From positions 1-61,307 of the forward strand of contig SBGE01000081.1 in the NCBI GenBank assembly GCA_006226755.1: a stretch of DNA of 61,307 nucleotides, read 5' to 3'. Below are positions 36,739 to 46,628 of the stretch, in pieces. Position numbers and translations under genes: made by a program. Position 1 is the first letter of the stretch, and the number at the start of each line of letters is the position of its first letter. The notes under the pieces were generated by a model that did not search any database, was not told the DNA's origin, and worked only from the letters and a program-made list of their open reading frames with translations. The DNA comes from Deltaproteobacteria bacterium. GTDB taxonomy: Bacteria > Bdellovibrionota > Bacteriovoracia > Bacteriovoracales > Bacteriovoracaceae.

Positions 36739-36957
36739 ATGGAAAACATCATCAACATTCAACATTTTGCTGCCGCTATTATCTACACACTTCTAGGAAC
36801 AGTTGCTTTCGCGATTGCTTTCAAAGTTCTCGACGTTCTTACGCCAAGAGATATGTGGCATGAAATTCTTGAAGAACATAATAATGCACTCGCAATCGTG
36901 ATTGGTGCACTTGCTATTGGCATGAGCATTATTATCGCTGCTGCGATCAAGGGGTAA
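36739..36957 (+). CDS. DUF350 (YjfL-like) small membrane protein
   Basis: ACGGAGG RBS before ATG 36739. It has two TM helices (AAAIIYTLLGTVAFAIAF and ALAIVIGALAIGMSIIIAAAI). I rejected the track's longer 36535 start. Confidence 0.7.
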   Translation: MENIINIQHFAAAIIYTLLGTVAFAIAFKVLDVLTPRDMWHEILEEHNNALAIVIGALAIGMSIIIAAAIKG

Positions 36958-36963
36958 GTCTAA

Positions 36964-38457
36964 GTGGAATTCATCTTACTCTTTTCTGTCGCTGTCATTG
37001 CCACTTGTGGGCTCGTTTACGAGTTGGTAGCAGGAGCATTGGCAAGCTATCTTTTAGGTGATTCCATCACACAATTTTCTCTGATTATAGGGATCTATCT
37101 TTTTTCTATGGGAATTGGTTCGTGGTTTTCAAAATACATCACAAAAAATGTGATGATGAAATTTATTCAAATTGAGTTTATTGTAGGCTTGGTCGGCGGA
37201 CTCTCTGCTACAGTTCTTTTCTTTTCATTCGAGTTTATCAGCCATTTCAGACTTTTACTTTTCTCATTCGTTACCATGACCGGAATATTGGTAGGGCTCG
37301 AAATACCGCTCTTGATGAGAATTTTAAAGGATCGGTATGAGTTTAGTGATTTGGTTTCTAAAGTTTTTACAGTCGATTATATTGGTGCCTTGTTTGCTTC
37401 CATTCTTTTTCCTTTAGTTTTGGCGCCCTATTTAGGACTAGTGAGAACTTCACTGCTCTTTGGAATTTTTAATGTTGCTGTTGGCTTGTGGACATTGAGT
37501 CTGATTAAAGAAGAGATGCCATGGCGTAATGCTCTGAGAGGGACGGGGATTGGAGCTGCTCTTGTCCTTGTTATCACTTTTGCATTCTCAAACAAGCTGA
37601 CTCAATTTGCGGAGACTTTGAACTATAAAGATCAGATTGTTTTTACTGATAAATCACCTTATCAAAAAATTGTTTTGACTCAAGGCGATCATGATCTGAG
37701 ACTCTTTCTGAATGGAAATTTGCAATTCAGTAGTGTCGATGAATATCGTTATCATGAAGCACTCGTTCATCCCGCTATGGCCTTACAAAATAATCCTAAA
37801 AAGATTTTAGTCCTGGGTGGAGGAGATGGATTGGCCGTTCGAGAGATACTTAAGTTTCCAAGTGTTGAGAGCGTGACACTCGTTGACCTAGATCCTTTGA
37901 TGACAAAAATTTTTTCTACCAATGATAGATTGGTTAAGCTCAATGAGCGGGCATTAAAGAATGAGAAGGTAAAAGTAGTCAATGCAGATGCTTTTGTATG
38001 GCTTCGAGAAACTAAGGACGTTTTTGATGTTGTCATCATCGATTTTCCCGATCCAAGCAACTACTCTCTTGGGAAACTTTATACTACTCGCTTTTTTACA
38101 CTTCTTGGCAAGGTAATGAAAGATGAGACGAAAGCAGTTATTCAATCGACATCTCCGCTCTATGCCAGAAAATCTTTCTGGTGTGTCGGTAACACTTTGA
38201 AACATGTCGGATTCAAAATAAATCCATTTCACGTCTATGTCCCTTCATTTGGAGAGTGGGGGTATTTTCTTTTTTCTAAGAGTCATATGGATCTCGATTT
38301 TAAACCACTTCAAAATGCCAAGTTTCTCACTAAAGCTGTGTGGGACTCGATGTTTGTTTTCCCTCCTGATATGGAATACACCGAAACTGAAGTGAATCGT
38401 CTTAATAACCAAATTCTTGTGCGATATTTTGAAGATGAGTGGTCACGATATAACTGA
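36964..38457 (+). CDS. membrane-fused spermidine/spermine-synthase-like aminopropyltransferase
   Basis: The N-terminal ~200 aa are polytopic. The C-terminal domain carries ILVLGGGDGLAVREIL, VDLDP and VIIDFPDPS motifs. Confidence 0.85.
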   Translation: MEFILLFSVAVIATCGLVYELVAGALASYLLGDSITQFSLIIGIYLFSMGIGSWFSKYITKNVMMKFIQIEFIVGLVGGLSATVLFFSFEFISHFRLLLFSFVTMTGILVGLEIPLLMRILKDRYEFSDLVSKVFTVDYIGALFASILFPLVLAPYLGLVRTSLLFGIFNVAVGLWTLSLIKEEMPWRNALRGTGIGAALVLVITFAFSNKLTQFAETLNYKDQIVFTDKSPYQKIVLTQGDHDLRLFLNGNLQFSSVDEYRYHEALVHPAMALQNNPKKILVLGGGDGLAVREILKFPSVESVTLVDLDPLMTKIFSTNDRLVKLNERALKNEKVKVVNADAFVWLRETKDVFDVVIIDFPDPSNYSLGKLYTTRFFTLLGKVMKDETKAVIQSTSPLYARKSFWCVGNTLKHVGFKINPFHVYVPSFGEWGYFLFSKSHMDLDFKPLQNAKFLTKAVWDSMFVFPPDMEYTETEVNRLNNQILVRYFEDEWSRYN

Positions 38458-40075
38458 TGAAAATCTAGAAAGTCTCTCTCTTGAGACTGATCGGCGTAGC
38501 TTTATCAAGCTTGCCTTGGGAGCTCTTGCTCTCGGAGCAGCTTCCTATACTGGAATAAGATCATTTCTTAAACCATCTCAAATTCCCGGCCTGGTTGAAG
38601 GAGCTTCTTTTAAAAGAGGTCACACTCTTTTAACAGGTGGTTTTAAGATACCAGGAAAAAAGATGTCCTCTAAAGTTGTGATTATAGGCGCAGGGATGGC
38701 CGGACTCCATGCTGGTTGGTGGCTAAAGAGAAATGGTTTTGAAGACTTTGTTATTTTAGAACTAGAAGATGAAGTTGGTGGTAAATCCCGTTATAAAACC
38801 AATAAATCCTCCGAGTCTCCTCTTGGAGCTCATTATCTTCCTCTTCCTAATAAAGAGGCGTTTCATACAATAGAGCTTCTTAAAGAAATGGGAGTGTTAA
38901 CTCAAGAGTCAGCTAATGGAAATGTCTTTAAGGAAGATTATTTAAGTTTTGCTCCTCGTGAGCGTTTGTTTATCCACGGACGCTGGCAAGAAGGTATCGT
39001 TCCCAATAATGGAATAGGAACTGCGCAAAAAAAACAAATAGAAAAATTCTTTTCCATTATGGAAAAATATAAATGGTCCAAAGGTAAAGATGGAAAGTTT
39101 GCTTTTTCTATTCCAATGGATCTTTCCAGTCGAGATTCTAAATTTCTTTCACTAGATAAGATAACGATGAAAGATTGGATGAAGGCCGAAGGGCTCTCTA
39201 ATGAATATCTCGATTGGTATGTGAATTATTGTACTCTGGATGACTTCGGAACTCCTTTTGATCAGACTTCTGCATGGGCCGGTATTCATTATTTCGCTGG
39301 AAGACGAGGCAAAAATAAAGATTCTGATGAAGATATGGTTTTAACATGGCCTGAAGGGAATGGACGTATCGTCAAGCATTTAAGATCCAAGCTCGAAGGT
39401 CACATACAAACTGGTAAAATAGTTAAGAAAATTAAATCATCAAAAAATCAGGTGTTCGTCTTAGTCGATGATCAAACCACTAAAACAGTAGAGGAGTGGA
39501 GCGCAGAGAGAATTATTTATTCAGCTCCTCGTTTTATTGCAAAATATGTGATTGGAGAGGAAGTTGTTCCTTCGAATCTTGATTATTCACCATGGATGGT
39601 AAGTAATATTGTCGTAAAAAAACCTGGTGATGATCCAAAATTTTACTGGGATAACGTCAACTATCACGGACGTTCTATCGGTTATATCAATGCCAATCAT
39701 ATGAATCTCAAATCTCATGAAGATGAATATGTGTTGACCATGTACTGGCCCCTCGTTTCAGATAGTCCTTTGACTGAAAGAAGAAAAGCGCTAAGTCGAA
39801 CGCATGCTGATTGGTCAAAAATGGTGATGGAAGAAATGGAAACCATGCATCCCGGGATCAGCGAAGATGTTGTTAAGCTCGATATTTGGCTGTGGGGACA
39901 TGCCATGGTTCGGCCAATTCCTGGTTATATTTGGGGTGGAGAAAGAGAAGAGAAGCTCAAGAGTAAAGATTCGAAAATCCTTTTTGCTCATTCTGATATG
40001 TCGGGAATGAGTTTATGTGAAGAAGCTGGTTATTGGGGTGTTAAAGCTGCTGAGGAAATACTCAAAAAGTCATGA
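38435..40075 (+). CDS. Tat-signal FAD-dependent amine-oxidase-like oxidoreductase
   Basis: Twin-arginine signal DRRSFIKLALGALALGAAS and a dinucleotide fold VVIIGAGMAGLHAGWWL. The start is either 38435 or 38417, and both overlap the upstream gene. Confidence 0.8.
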   Translation: MSGHDITDENLESLSLETDRRSFIKLALGALALGAASYTGIRSFLKPSQIPGLVEGASFKRGHTLLTGGFKIPGKKMSSKVVIIGAGMAGLHAGWWLKRNGFEDFVILELEDEVGGKSRYKTNKSSESPLGAHYLPLPNKEAFHTIELLKEMGVLTQESANGNVFKEDYLSFAPRERLFIHGRWQEGIVPNNGIGTAQKKQIEKFFSIMEKYKWSKGKDGKFAFSIPMDLSSRDSKFLSLDKITMKDWMKAEGLSNEYLDWYVNYCTLDDFGTPFDQTSAWAGIHYFAGRRGKNKDSDEDMVLTWPEGNGRIVKHLRSKLEGHIQTGKIVKKIKSSKNQVFVLVDDQTTKTVEEWSAERIIYSAPRFIAKYVIGEEVVPSNLDYSPWMVSNIVVKKPGDDPKFYWDNVNYHGRSIGYINANHMNLKSHEDEYVLTMYWPLVSDSPLTERRKALSRTHADWSKMVMEEMETMHPGISEDVVKLDIWLWGHAMVRPIPGYIWGGEREEKLKSKDSKILFAHSDMSGMSLCEEAGYWGVKAAEEILKKS

Positions 40076-41142
40076 GAAGTTCATCCAATTTATTTATTTC
40101 AAATCCCGTGGTTGAATCCCTGTTTATTTTATTTCCACCTTTTCTTTCTGTGATTTTAGCATTTGTGTTCTATAAGTTTACAAACTATAGGGAAATGACA
40201 CCTCTTTTTTGGCTCTTCATTGTTTTATTGGTGGATGTCGCTCATGTCTGGACGACAATCTTTCGTACCTATTTGAACAAATCTTTTTTGAAGCAAAGAA
40301 GTGATCTTCTTCTTTACGTTCCTGTTGGCTGTTTTATCATTGGCGTTCTTTTATACACTGCTGGCAAAATGGTTTTTTGGCGAGTAATGGCCTATGTCGC
40401 CCTTTTTCATTTTATTCGACAGCAGTATGGTGTTTTCATGTTGTATGCTAGAAAGACTGAAATGAGTGTCTGGCAACAACGAATTGGCAAACTTTGTATT
40501 TATTTATCAACCATAGCTCCTGTGGTTCATTGGCATTTCAGTTTACCTAAGAAATTTAGCTGGTTTATGGAGGGTGACTTTTTTGTTTTGCCCAATAATC
40601 AAATTATTCCATTGATCGTCTGGGGGATCACAGCCATTTCTTTTTTGTTGTATCTCTACATGGAGTTCAAGTCTTGCGTTTTTAATTGGGCGAAGCATTT
40701 GGTTCTTTTTGGGACTCTTCTTTCTTGGGGTGTCGGAATTGTCGTCTTGAATAATGATATCAGTTTTACACTGACCAATGTCCTGACTCATGGGATTCCA
40801 TATTTTGCCCTTGTTTGGATGTCGAGTTGTCAGGGTAATGATCAAATAAAGGATAAGACATTTGGAATCATGCAGGTTTTTACCAAGTCTCGTTTGGTAG
40901 GTGTGTTCTTTATGATAGCTCTAGTTGTTTTTTTGGGTTTTTTCGAAGAGCTCTTTTGGGATGTTTTTGTCTGGCATGAGCATCAGTCAGTTTTTTCTTG
41001 GATTTATAATGGTGTCGTTCATTCTGACCATGCCATGCTGGCCCTTCTCGTTCCTCTTTTTAGTGTCCCTCAGGTCACCCATTATGTCCTCGATGGTTTT
41101 ATATGGAAGGGGAAGCAGAGCTTTGATGGGCTTCGATTTTAA
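40072..41142 (+). CDS. polytopic membrane protein, unknown function
   Basis: ATGA overlap with the oxidase gene. About 9 hydrophobic segments and several conserved-looking His/Trp residues. Confidence 0.65.
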   Translation: MRSSSNLFISNPVVESLFILFPPFLSVILAFVFYKFTNYREMTPLFWLFIVLLVDVAHVWTTIFRTYLNKSFLKQRSDLLLYVPVGCFIIGVLLYTAGKMVFWRVMAYVALFHFIRQQYGVFMLYARKTEMSVWQQRIGKLCIYLSTIAPVVHWHFSLPKKFSWFMEGDFFVLPNNQIIPLIVWGITAISFLLYLYMEFKSCVFNWAKHLVLFGTLLSWGVGIVVLNNDISFTLTNVLTHGIPYFALVWMSSCQGNDQIKDKTFGIMQVFTKSRLVGVFFMIALVVFLGFFEELFWDVFVWHEHQSVFSWIYNGVVHSDHAMLALLVPLFSVPQVTHYVLDGFIWKGKQSFDGLRF

Positions 41143-43013
41143 GCACTCGGAAAAGATAAACTGATTTTGGTCCCACTATCTTCGTACTTGTCTTTTGATT
41201 TACTTTCAATTCTAATATTACCATTCATCGCCTTAACAAATGTCTTCATAATTAAAATTCCGTATCCTGTACCTTTTTCTCCAAGAGTGCCAAGTCTTGA
41301 TTTGATAGCACCTCGATTTTCTAACATTTCGAGATCTGATTCATTCATTCCTTGCCCATAGTCTTGAATGGTCAGAACTGTGTTTGCTCCTTCAATCTCA
41401 AAAGAAATTGTAATTTTTGAGTTTGGATCACTGAATTTAACGGCATTAGATAGAATATTTGAAATCACTTGATTAGTCAGGAGATTCTTTTCAGCTTTGA
41501 TCTTAGGTAATTTGTCAGGACATTCGACAGCGATATTCTTTTCGTCCAAGCGTTTTTGATAAATGAAAAGACTATCATCAATTACTTCTTTTAAATAAAC
41601 GGTTTCAATTCTTCCACTAATATCTTCAATAGAAATGGATTCTTGATCTTTAACTGTTTCAATAATGTTTAATATCATATCAACGGCTCGATTGATCTTC
41701 TCTGATGTGATCTCAATTTGTTCAGCCGTCATTCCATTTTTCTTGAGTCGCTTTGAATAATTTAAGATAAGGCTGAGAGGATTGACGATGTCGTGGAGAA
41801 GAACTCTGGCCAAAGTTTGATATTTTTCTTTCCCAACCGCATCTAGTTGAGCCCTTTCTTTTTCTTTATCTAGAATCGTGATTTGGTAGGCTAAACCAAG
41901 TGAAATGACCAACATTTCAATCATATTTCCCCAGAGAAGCGAAGTCTGAGTAATCATATTATGTGGAAAAACTTTATAATACATTCCAAACCACACACCT
42001 GCACCTATAAAGATTCCAGTCCAAGAGGCCATGTAAAAATAAGCGAGAGGTTCTTTGTCTAATGAGGATTTTATTCCCATAGAGAGCATCGAAAGTAGTG
42101 TTAAACCGATGAATAGATCTACAGTATTTCCCATTCCTGCGCCAACAATAGGCTTTAAAAACGGAAACAGAACAAAATGCAAAAGCATGCCAGTGCAGAC
42201 AAAATAATAAAACTTTTTGAATTTTGGATAACGAATATTCCACTTGAGAAAGCGATTGGTGAAAACTAGCGCTAAGAATCCTGCTCCAGATGATGTCATC
42301 AATAAATAGTCTGAGGGATTAAAGGGTAAAAAAGAGAATATGTGGTCTAAGGCTCCTTGCATGTTAAGAGCGAGTAACCCCATTGATCCGATGAAAGCAG
42401 AGTAGTAAAGATAAACCTTCTTACGAGTATAGAGACCTAAAAAGAGATTATAGATAAGTAGAGCAAGAAGGGCTCCACTATAGATGTGAACAATTTTTTC
42501 AACGATAAGATCTCTTTTCTCTAGCTCATCTTTTGATGTAAGCAATACTCTCGTATCAAAGCGATGATGGCTATGTCTTCTTATGTAAAAATGCTGACTT
42601 GAGTTTGGTGGAATTTCTACTTCCATTGCTGGGTAATGTGACTGGATGGCCCTCTCTTCCCAATTGATGGCACTTCCTGTTCTCGCTAATTCATTTCCAT
42701 CTTGATCATAAAAGAGAACTTCTCCTGCCATTGTATGCTGAAGTTTGAGAATCTTTTTAACTGGAGTGGAGGAAGTGTTATCTAGTTTTAACTTGAGCCA
42801 GATGAAATCATTTGTGTAGTTATATTTAATTTCTTCTGAATCTACTTCTTTAAACATTTTTTCAGAAGGTCTGGTTTCTTGACCAATGGCCATTAAAACT
42901 TTGGCTGTTATATTCTTAGATTTTTTTGTTATAGCAGATACATCAATTCCAAAAGCTTCTGGACTCATCAAGATAAATGCTTGAATCGACAAAATAAAAA
43001 TCATTTTGATCAT
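41139..43013 (-). CDS. sensor histidine kinase with 7TMR-DISM-type periplasmic and 7TM input modules
   Basis: Signal peptide, an extracellular domain and seven TMs. H-box LLHDIVNPLS, N-box SNILSNAVKFS, G-boxes QDYGQGM and GTGYGI. No response regulator is adjacent. Confidence 0.85.
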   Translation of the reverse strand: MIKMIFILSIQAFILMSPEAFGIDVSAITKKSKNITAKVLMAIGQETRPSEKMFKEVDSEEIKYNYTNDFIWLKLKLDNTSSTPVKKILKLQHTMAGEVLFYDQDGNELARTGSAINWEERAIQSHYPAMEVEIPPNSSQHFYIRRHSHHRFDTRVLLTSKDELEKRDLIVEKIVHIYSGALLALLIYNLFLGLYTRKKVYLYYSAFIGSMGLLALNMQGALDHIFSFLPFNPSDYLLMTSSGAGFLALVFTNRFLKWNIRYPKFKKFYYFVCTGMLLHFVLFPFLKPIVGAGMGNTVDLFIGLTLLSMLSMGIKSSLDKEPLAYFYMASWTGIFIGAGVWFGMYYKVFPHNMITQTSLLWGNMIEMLVISLGLAYQITILDKEKERAQLDAVGKEKYQTLARVLLHDIVNPLSLILNYSKRLKKNGMTAEQIEITSEKINRAVDMILNIIETVKDQESISIEDISGRIETVYLKEVIDDSLFIYQKRLDEKNIAVECPDKLPKIKAEKNLLTNQVISNILSNAVKFSDPNSKITISFEIEGANTVLTIQDYGQGMNESDLEMLENRGAIKSRLGTLGEKGTGYGILIMKTFVKAMNGNIRIESKSKDKYEDSGTKISLSFPSA

Positions 43014-43063
43014 GCAAGTTTATCGACATATCTAAAAGCTAATTGAATGATTTTATTGAATTA

Positions 43064-43489
43064 TTAGAAGTTTTGGTTTTCCATCTTAAGAATTTTTGGA
43101 CCAAAACGGTCAGAGAATTGAATTGCAACATCAGCTGCACCTTGGCTTGTGGCCTTGATATCGATGTGCATATCAAAAAGCGTTCTTTCTGCAAAAAGCT
43201 TGATCATCCCATTTCTAAATGACCAAGTTCCAAATCCATCTCCAAGATTGGCGAGGTTGTAATACCACTTTCCGTCCTGATAGAGGGCGATCTCAATCGG
43301 GTAGTCGTTGTTGATGATACTTTTATCAAGGGTTAAATTTGGTCTGTCTGGTGTCTGTTTTTGATTAATATACTGATTAAAGTCTTCGTTTTTAGTTGTA
43401 AAAAAGACCACGTCACTCTTTTCTGACTTCTCAGGAATACAAGATATTCCAATGAGACATAGGAAAATTATGTAAAGTGTTTTATTCAT
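43064..43489 (-). CDS. small lipoprotein-like protein, unknown function
   Basis: Signal peptide MNKTLYIIFLCLIGISC. Confidence 0.6.
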   Translation of the reverse strand: MNKTLYIIFLCLIGISCIPEKSEKSDVVFFTTKNEDFNQYINQKQTPDRPNLTLDKSIINNDYPIEIALYQDGKWYYNLANLGDGFGTWSFRNGMIKLFAERTLFDMHIDIKATSQGAADVAIQFSDRFGPKILKMENQNF

Positions 43490-43581
43490 ATCAGGACCTC
43501 AGATAGAATTATTTCATCTTTGGTTCAAAATGAGTAGTGCAAATAAGCCGAGCGTTGCACTCGGATAAAAATGGAGCATAC

Positions 43582-44070
43582 ATGAAAAAATTTACAGCAA
43601 TTCTTATCTCTACCTTTTTCTTGGCCTCTACTGCAATGGCCGCACCTAAAAAAGGAGTTTCTGTTTCGGTTGAGCTTTCTCCAGCAGGAAGTTTTGAAAT
43701 AACTGGAAAGGTTAAAGGATCAGTTAAGAAAACGGGTGCAGGATATGAGGCCAAGAAACTTTCTTTTGCTGTTAAAAAACTAAAGACGGGAATGGATTTA
43801 AGAGACAAACATACCAAAGAGAAACTTGAGTATAAAAAGCATTCGGATGTGGTTGTTACAGATGCCAAAGGAAGTGGCGGCAAAGGATCGGCGATGATTT
43901 CTGTCCGTGGTGTGAGCAAAAAGATTTCATTTGATTTCAAAGAGTCCGGAAAATACATCGTCGCTAAATTTAAACTAAACCTGAAAGATTTTGGATTCTC
44001 TGGGATTAATTATATGGGTGTTGGTGTGAAAGATTCTGTTGAAGTCTCAGCAGTAGTTCCAGTTAAATAA
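43582..44070 (+). CDS. YceI-like periplasmic (polyisoprenoid-binding family) protein
   Basis: I moved the start to MKKFTAILISTFFLASTAMA. The TGMDLRDKH motif and beta-rich repeats are typical of YceI. Confidence 0.75.
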   Translation: MKKFTAILISTFFLASTAMAAPKKGVSVSVELSPAGSFEITGKVKGSVKKTGAGYEAKKLSFAVKKLKTGMDLRDKHTKEKLEYKKHSDVVVTDAKGSGGKGSAMISVRGVSKKISFDFKESGKYIVAKFKLNLKDFGFSGINYMGVGVKDSVEVSAVVPVK

Positions 44071-45123
44071 TCAGAACTCATAAATTGTGGCAAGGTTGAA
44101 TACGGAAGATTTATTTCCGAAAACCTTGCCAAGTTTAGCTGCGAGAGACACATACTTCATTCTCCATTTGGTCTGAATTGAAATGCCCGCTCTTATAGAA
44201 GAATTTTCATCGACAGTATAGGCTGAGTTTGGCGGATCCCAGTCTCCTGAACGCTTCATAATTGGAATCTGAAAACCAGCTGAAACATTGTCTGCTAGAC
44301 CTTTCCAATAGACCCCAGGGCCACCATAAAATCCTGTCACTGCAACATTATTTTGCTTGTGGGTTACACTTGGAACGATACTACTTACTGTCGATTTTCC
44401 CATGATGTAACAAGCATCAAAGAAAAACTCGAAACTGACATTTTCCCACTTCCTTCCAAGTCCAGAACAGCTACCACTTGAAGTGTTGAGCAAGCGAACT
44501 TTATTGTTGTTGGAGGTCTGAACAAGGTTCACATGATCCTGCCAGCTGATATAGCTGAGGAAAACATAGAAACTTCCTTCATATTGGAGGGAGTGATAAT
44601 AATCCTTTCTCTCTGTGATTCTGTCTCTGAGAGTTTCAAGGGCCTCTGAATCTTCAGACAAGGCCTTGGCCACTTTGAGATAGGCAAATGATTTTCTTCG
44701 AAGTTTATCACGTTCTTTCTGTTCAGTGGCCTCATGAGTTTCGAGATACTTCTTGGAATAAAGTTGAGCCAGTTTGTAGTAAACAACTGAAAGCTGACTC
44801 CCATCTGGAACGATTGGCTTTTCACCATACTGATAAAGTGCTTGAACAACATTTCGATTTTGTCTTCCATACTTTGTTTTTAGAAGTTCTTCGAGGACTT
44901 CAATTGCTTCATCAATTTCACCCTGACCTTCTAGGGCACTTACTTGAAGAAAACGTGCACGTTCATTTTTCTTAAGACCGTCTTCATTCTCTTCGTAGAC
45001 ATCAAGAGCTGCTTCATACTGGGCCTTTAAAAGAAATGTTTCCATTTCTTGAATTGGACCGGCCCAAGTCAGACTTGGGAACAGAAGAAAAGTGAATAGG
45101 ATAAGACTCTGTATTAAAACCAT
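44071..45123 (-). CDS. TPR-like N-domain + beta-barrel outer-membrane protein
   Basis: The signal peptide is MVLIQSLILFTFLLFPSLTWA. The N-terminal half is helical and repeat-like, the C-terminal half is beta-rich, and the protein ends ...ATIYEF. Confidence 0.65.
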   Translation of the reverse strand: MVLIQSLILFTFLLFPSLTWAGPIQEMETFLLKAQYEAALDVYEENEDGLKKNERARFLQVSALEGQGEIDEAIEVLEELLKTKYGRQNRNVVQALYQYGEKPIVPDGSQLSVVYYKLAQLYSKKYLETHEATEQKERDKLRRKSFAYLKVAKALSEDSEALETLRDRITERKDYYHSLQYEGSFYVFLSYISWQDHVNLVQTSNNNKVRLLNTSSGSCSGLGRKWENVSFEFFFDACYIMGKSTVSSIVPSVTHKQNNVAVTGFYGGPGVYWKGLADNVSAGFQIPIMKRSGDWDPPNSAYTVDENSSIRAGISIQTKWRMKYVSLAAKLGKVFGNKSSVFNLATIYEF

Positions 45124-46265
45124 GTATGAATTTGCATCAGTAGATCCCAAGTGTCTTTTGTTGACGACTCATCACTGAAGTTCCTTGTGTTATAAATTTC
45201 AAACCTTGCTTCCCATCTTTGGAGTGGGAAAATTTGTATGCCAGGACCGAACCTTAAGCGGTACTCACCAGTTTGTTCTTTCATATATTCAATTGAGTTG
45301 AGCAAATAAAAACCTCTAGAGGCGCGAATATAGTTTTGACCGAGACCATAGACAGTTTTCGTTTCATCAGTCGAATCGAGTACCGCCGTTTTTACATTTT
45401 GCCCCATTTCTAGAAGCACTGATGACCCCTTTCCAACGGTACCCATGTAGTGAATAGCAGCTGCATAATTTTTTAGGAATTCACTTTGTGAATTCAGATA
45501 GGAGACACCTAAACTCGATTTATGGGAGACAATATAATCGATTTTCGTGGAAAAACCTTTTTGTCTTATGTCAGCGTCCTGAACCATATTTCCAACAAAA
45601 TAACCGGCACCAATTTCAACTGTTGGATTGGCATAATGAAGTTGAAGTCCGTGAGACTGATCATTTTGTGAGAGGTTGTTAATTGATCGACTGTAAGCGC
45701 TATGTTCCGCAATTCTGATTCCAAAAACTTTATCCATCAAGCCAGCGTATATCCCAAGACTTGGTATTGGACGATAACCCATGTAGTGTTCGCGAGAGCG
45801 GTACTTGTCCACTTCCTCAGTTGAGTTGGCTAGAGATTGAGGTTCAGGTGCATAACCAATAGTTCCCGAAACAAAAAACTTATTACCTTCTCCGAACTTT
45901 AGAACTAGATTTGCATCGGCTTGCATGTTGATCATCTCAGTATCTTCTGAATCTTGTCCAAGAGATCGCTTCATAACCATGCCTCGATAATCAAAACTTG
46001 GTCTGAACCAGGTTTGTTGTGGCTTGGTTCCAAAGAAGCCAGAGTTATTGGCAATGTTTTCTTCAGATTCTTTGTCGTAATAAAACCATTTGGCAGAAAC
46101 GGCCGTGGCCGAAAGGGCGCGACCATAATCATTCAAAGGACCATTACCAAAAGGATTGTAGTGGCATGTGGCACACGAAGTATAACCAAAACCCACAAAA
46201 TGGGGATAGGCCCAAGCTGAGCTTGAAAAAATCGAGATGAATAGGAGAACAGTAAGTTTTTTCAT
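45114..46265 (-). CDS. outer-membrane beta-barrel protein with an N-terminal CxxCH motif
   Basis: Signal peptide, then YPHFVGFGYTSCATCHYNPFGNG (CATCH encoded at 46161-46175). Alternating beta strands follow, and the C-terminus is ...IHTWF. Confidence 0.7.
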   Translation of the reverse strand: MKKLTVLLFISIFSSSAWAYPHFVGFGYTSCATCHYNPFGNGPLNDYGRALSATAVSAKWFYYDKESEENIANNSGFFGTKPQQTWFRPSFDYRGMVMKRSLGQDSEDTEMINMQADANLVLKFGEGNKFFVSGTIGYAPEPQSLANSTEEVDKYRSREHYMGYRPIPSLGIYAGLMDKVFGIRIAEHSAYSRSINNLSQNDQSHGLQLHYANPTVEIGAGYFVGNMVQDADIRQKGFSTKIDYIVSHKSSLGVSYLNSQSEFLKNYAAAIHYMGTVGKGSSVLLEMGQNVKTAVLDSTDETKTVYGLGQNYIRASRGFYLLNSIEYMKEQTGEYRLRFGPGIQIFPLQRWEARFEIYNTRNFSDESSTKDTWDLLMQIHTWF

Positions 46266-46628
46266 CTAGAGATTTGTTATCCAATCGTTTAGGTAATTAA
46301 TTTCAGTCTGACCGAGTTGGCTTCCTCCTTGTGGCATGTTCCCACCGTAATTGATGAGTTTGATAATTAGGGGAGAGCCGGCAAAATCATTGGCCTTAAC
46401 CAATCCTGAGTTAACCCAGGCCTGACTGGTTGTATAGTTCGAATAAATATTGTGGTATCCGGTGTGACAACTGATGCAATTTGTTTGGATAACATTGAAT
46501 GCCTTTCCAAAGGGAGTCGTGTTGTCAATTCCGGTGTTTCCATAACGTTGGCGATCAAAGGAGTTGCTGTTGTAGTCCTGACCACATGATGAAAGAAGAA
46601 AAAGAACTATCAAGGAGATGTATTTCAT
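46266..46628 (-). CDS. monoheme c-type cytochrome lipoprotein
   Basis: Lipobox FLLSSC, CISCH encoded at 46464-46478, and a distal GGNMPQGG that could supply the Met ligand. Confidence 0.75.
   Translation of the reverse strand: MKYISLIVLFLLSSCGQDYNSNSFDRQRYGNTGIDNTTPFGKAFNVIQTNCISCHTGYHNIYSNYTTSQAWVNSGLVKANDFAGSPLIIKLINYGGNMPQGGSQLGQTEINYLNDWITNL

Noticed and set aside
43509-43958. 149-aa minus-strand ORF overlapping the YceI-like gene.
   Set aside because: The plus-strand frame has an RBS, a signal peptide and the YceI motif. The minus-strand product is Pro/Ser/Leu-rich low-information sequence typical of an antisense shadow ORF.
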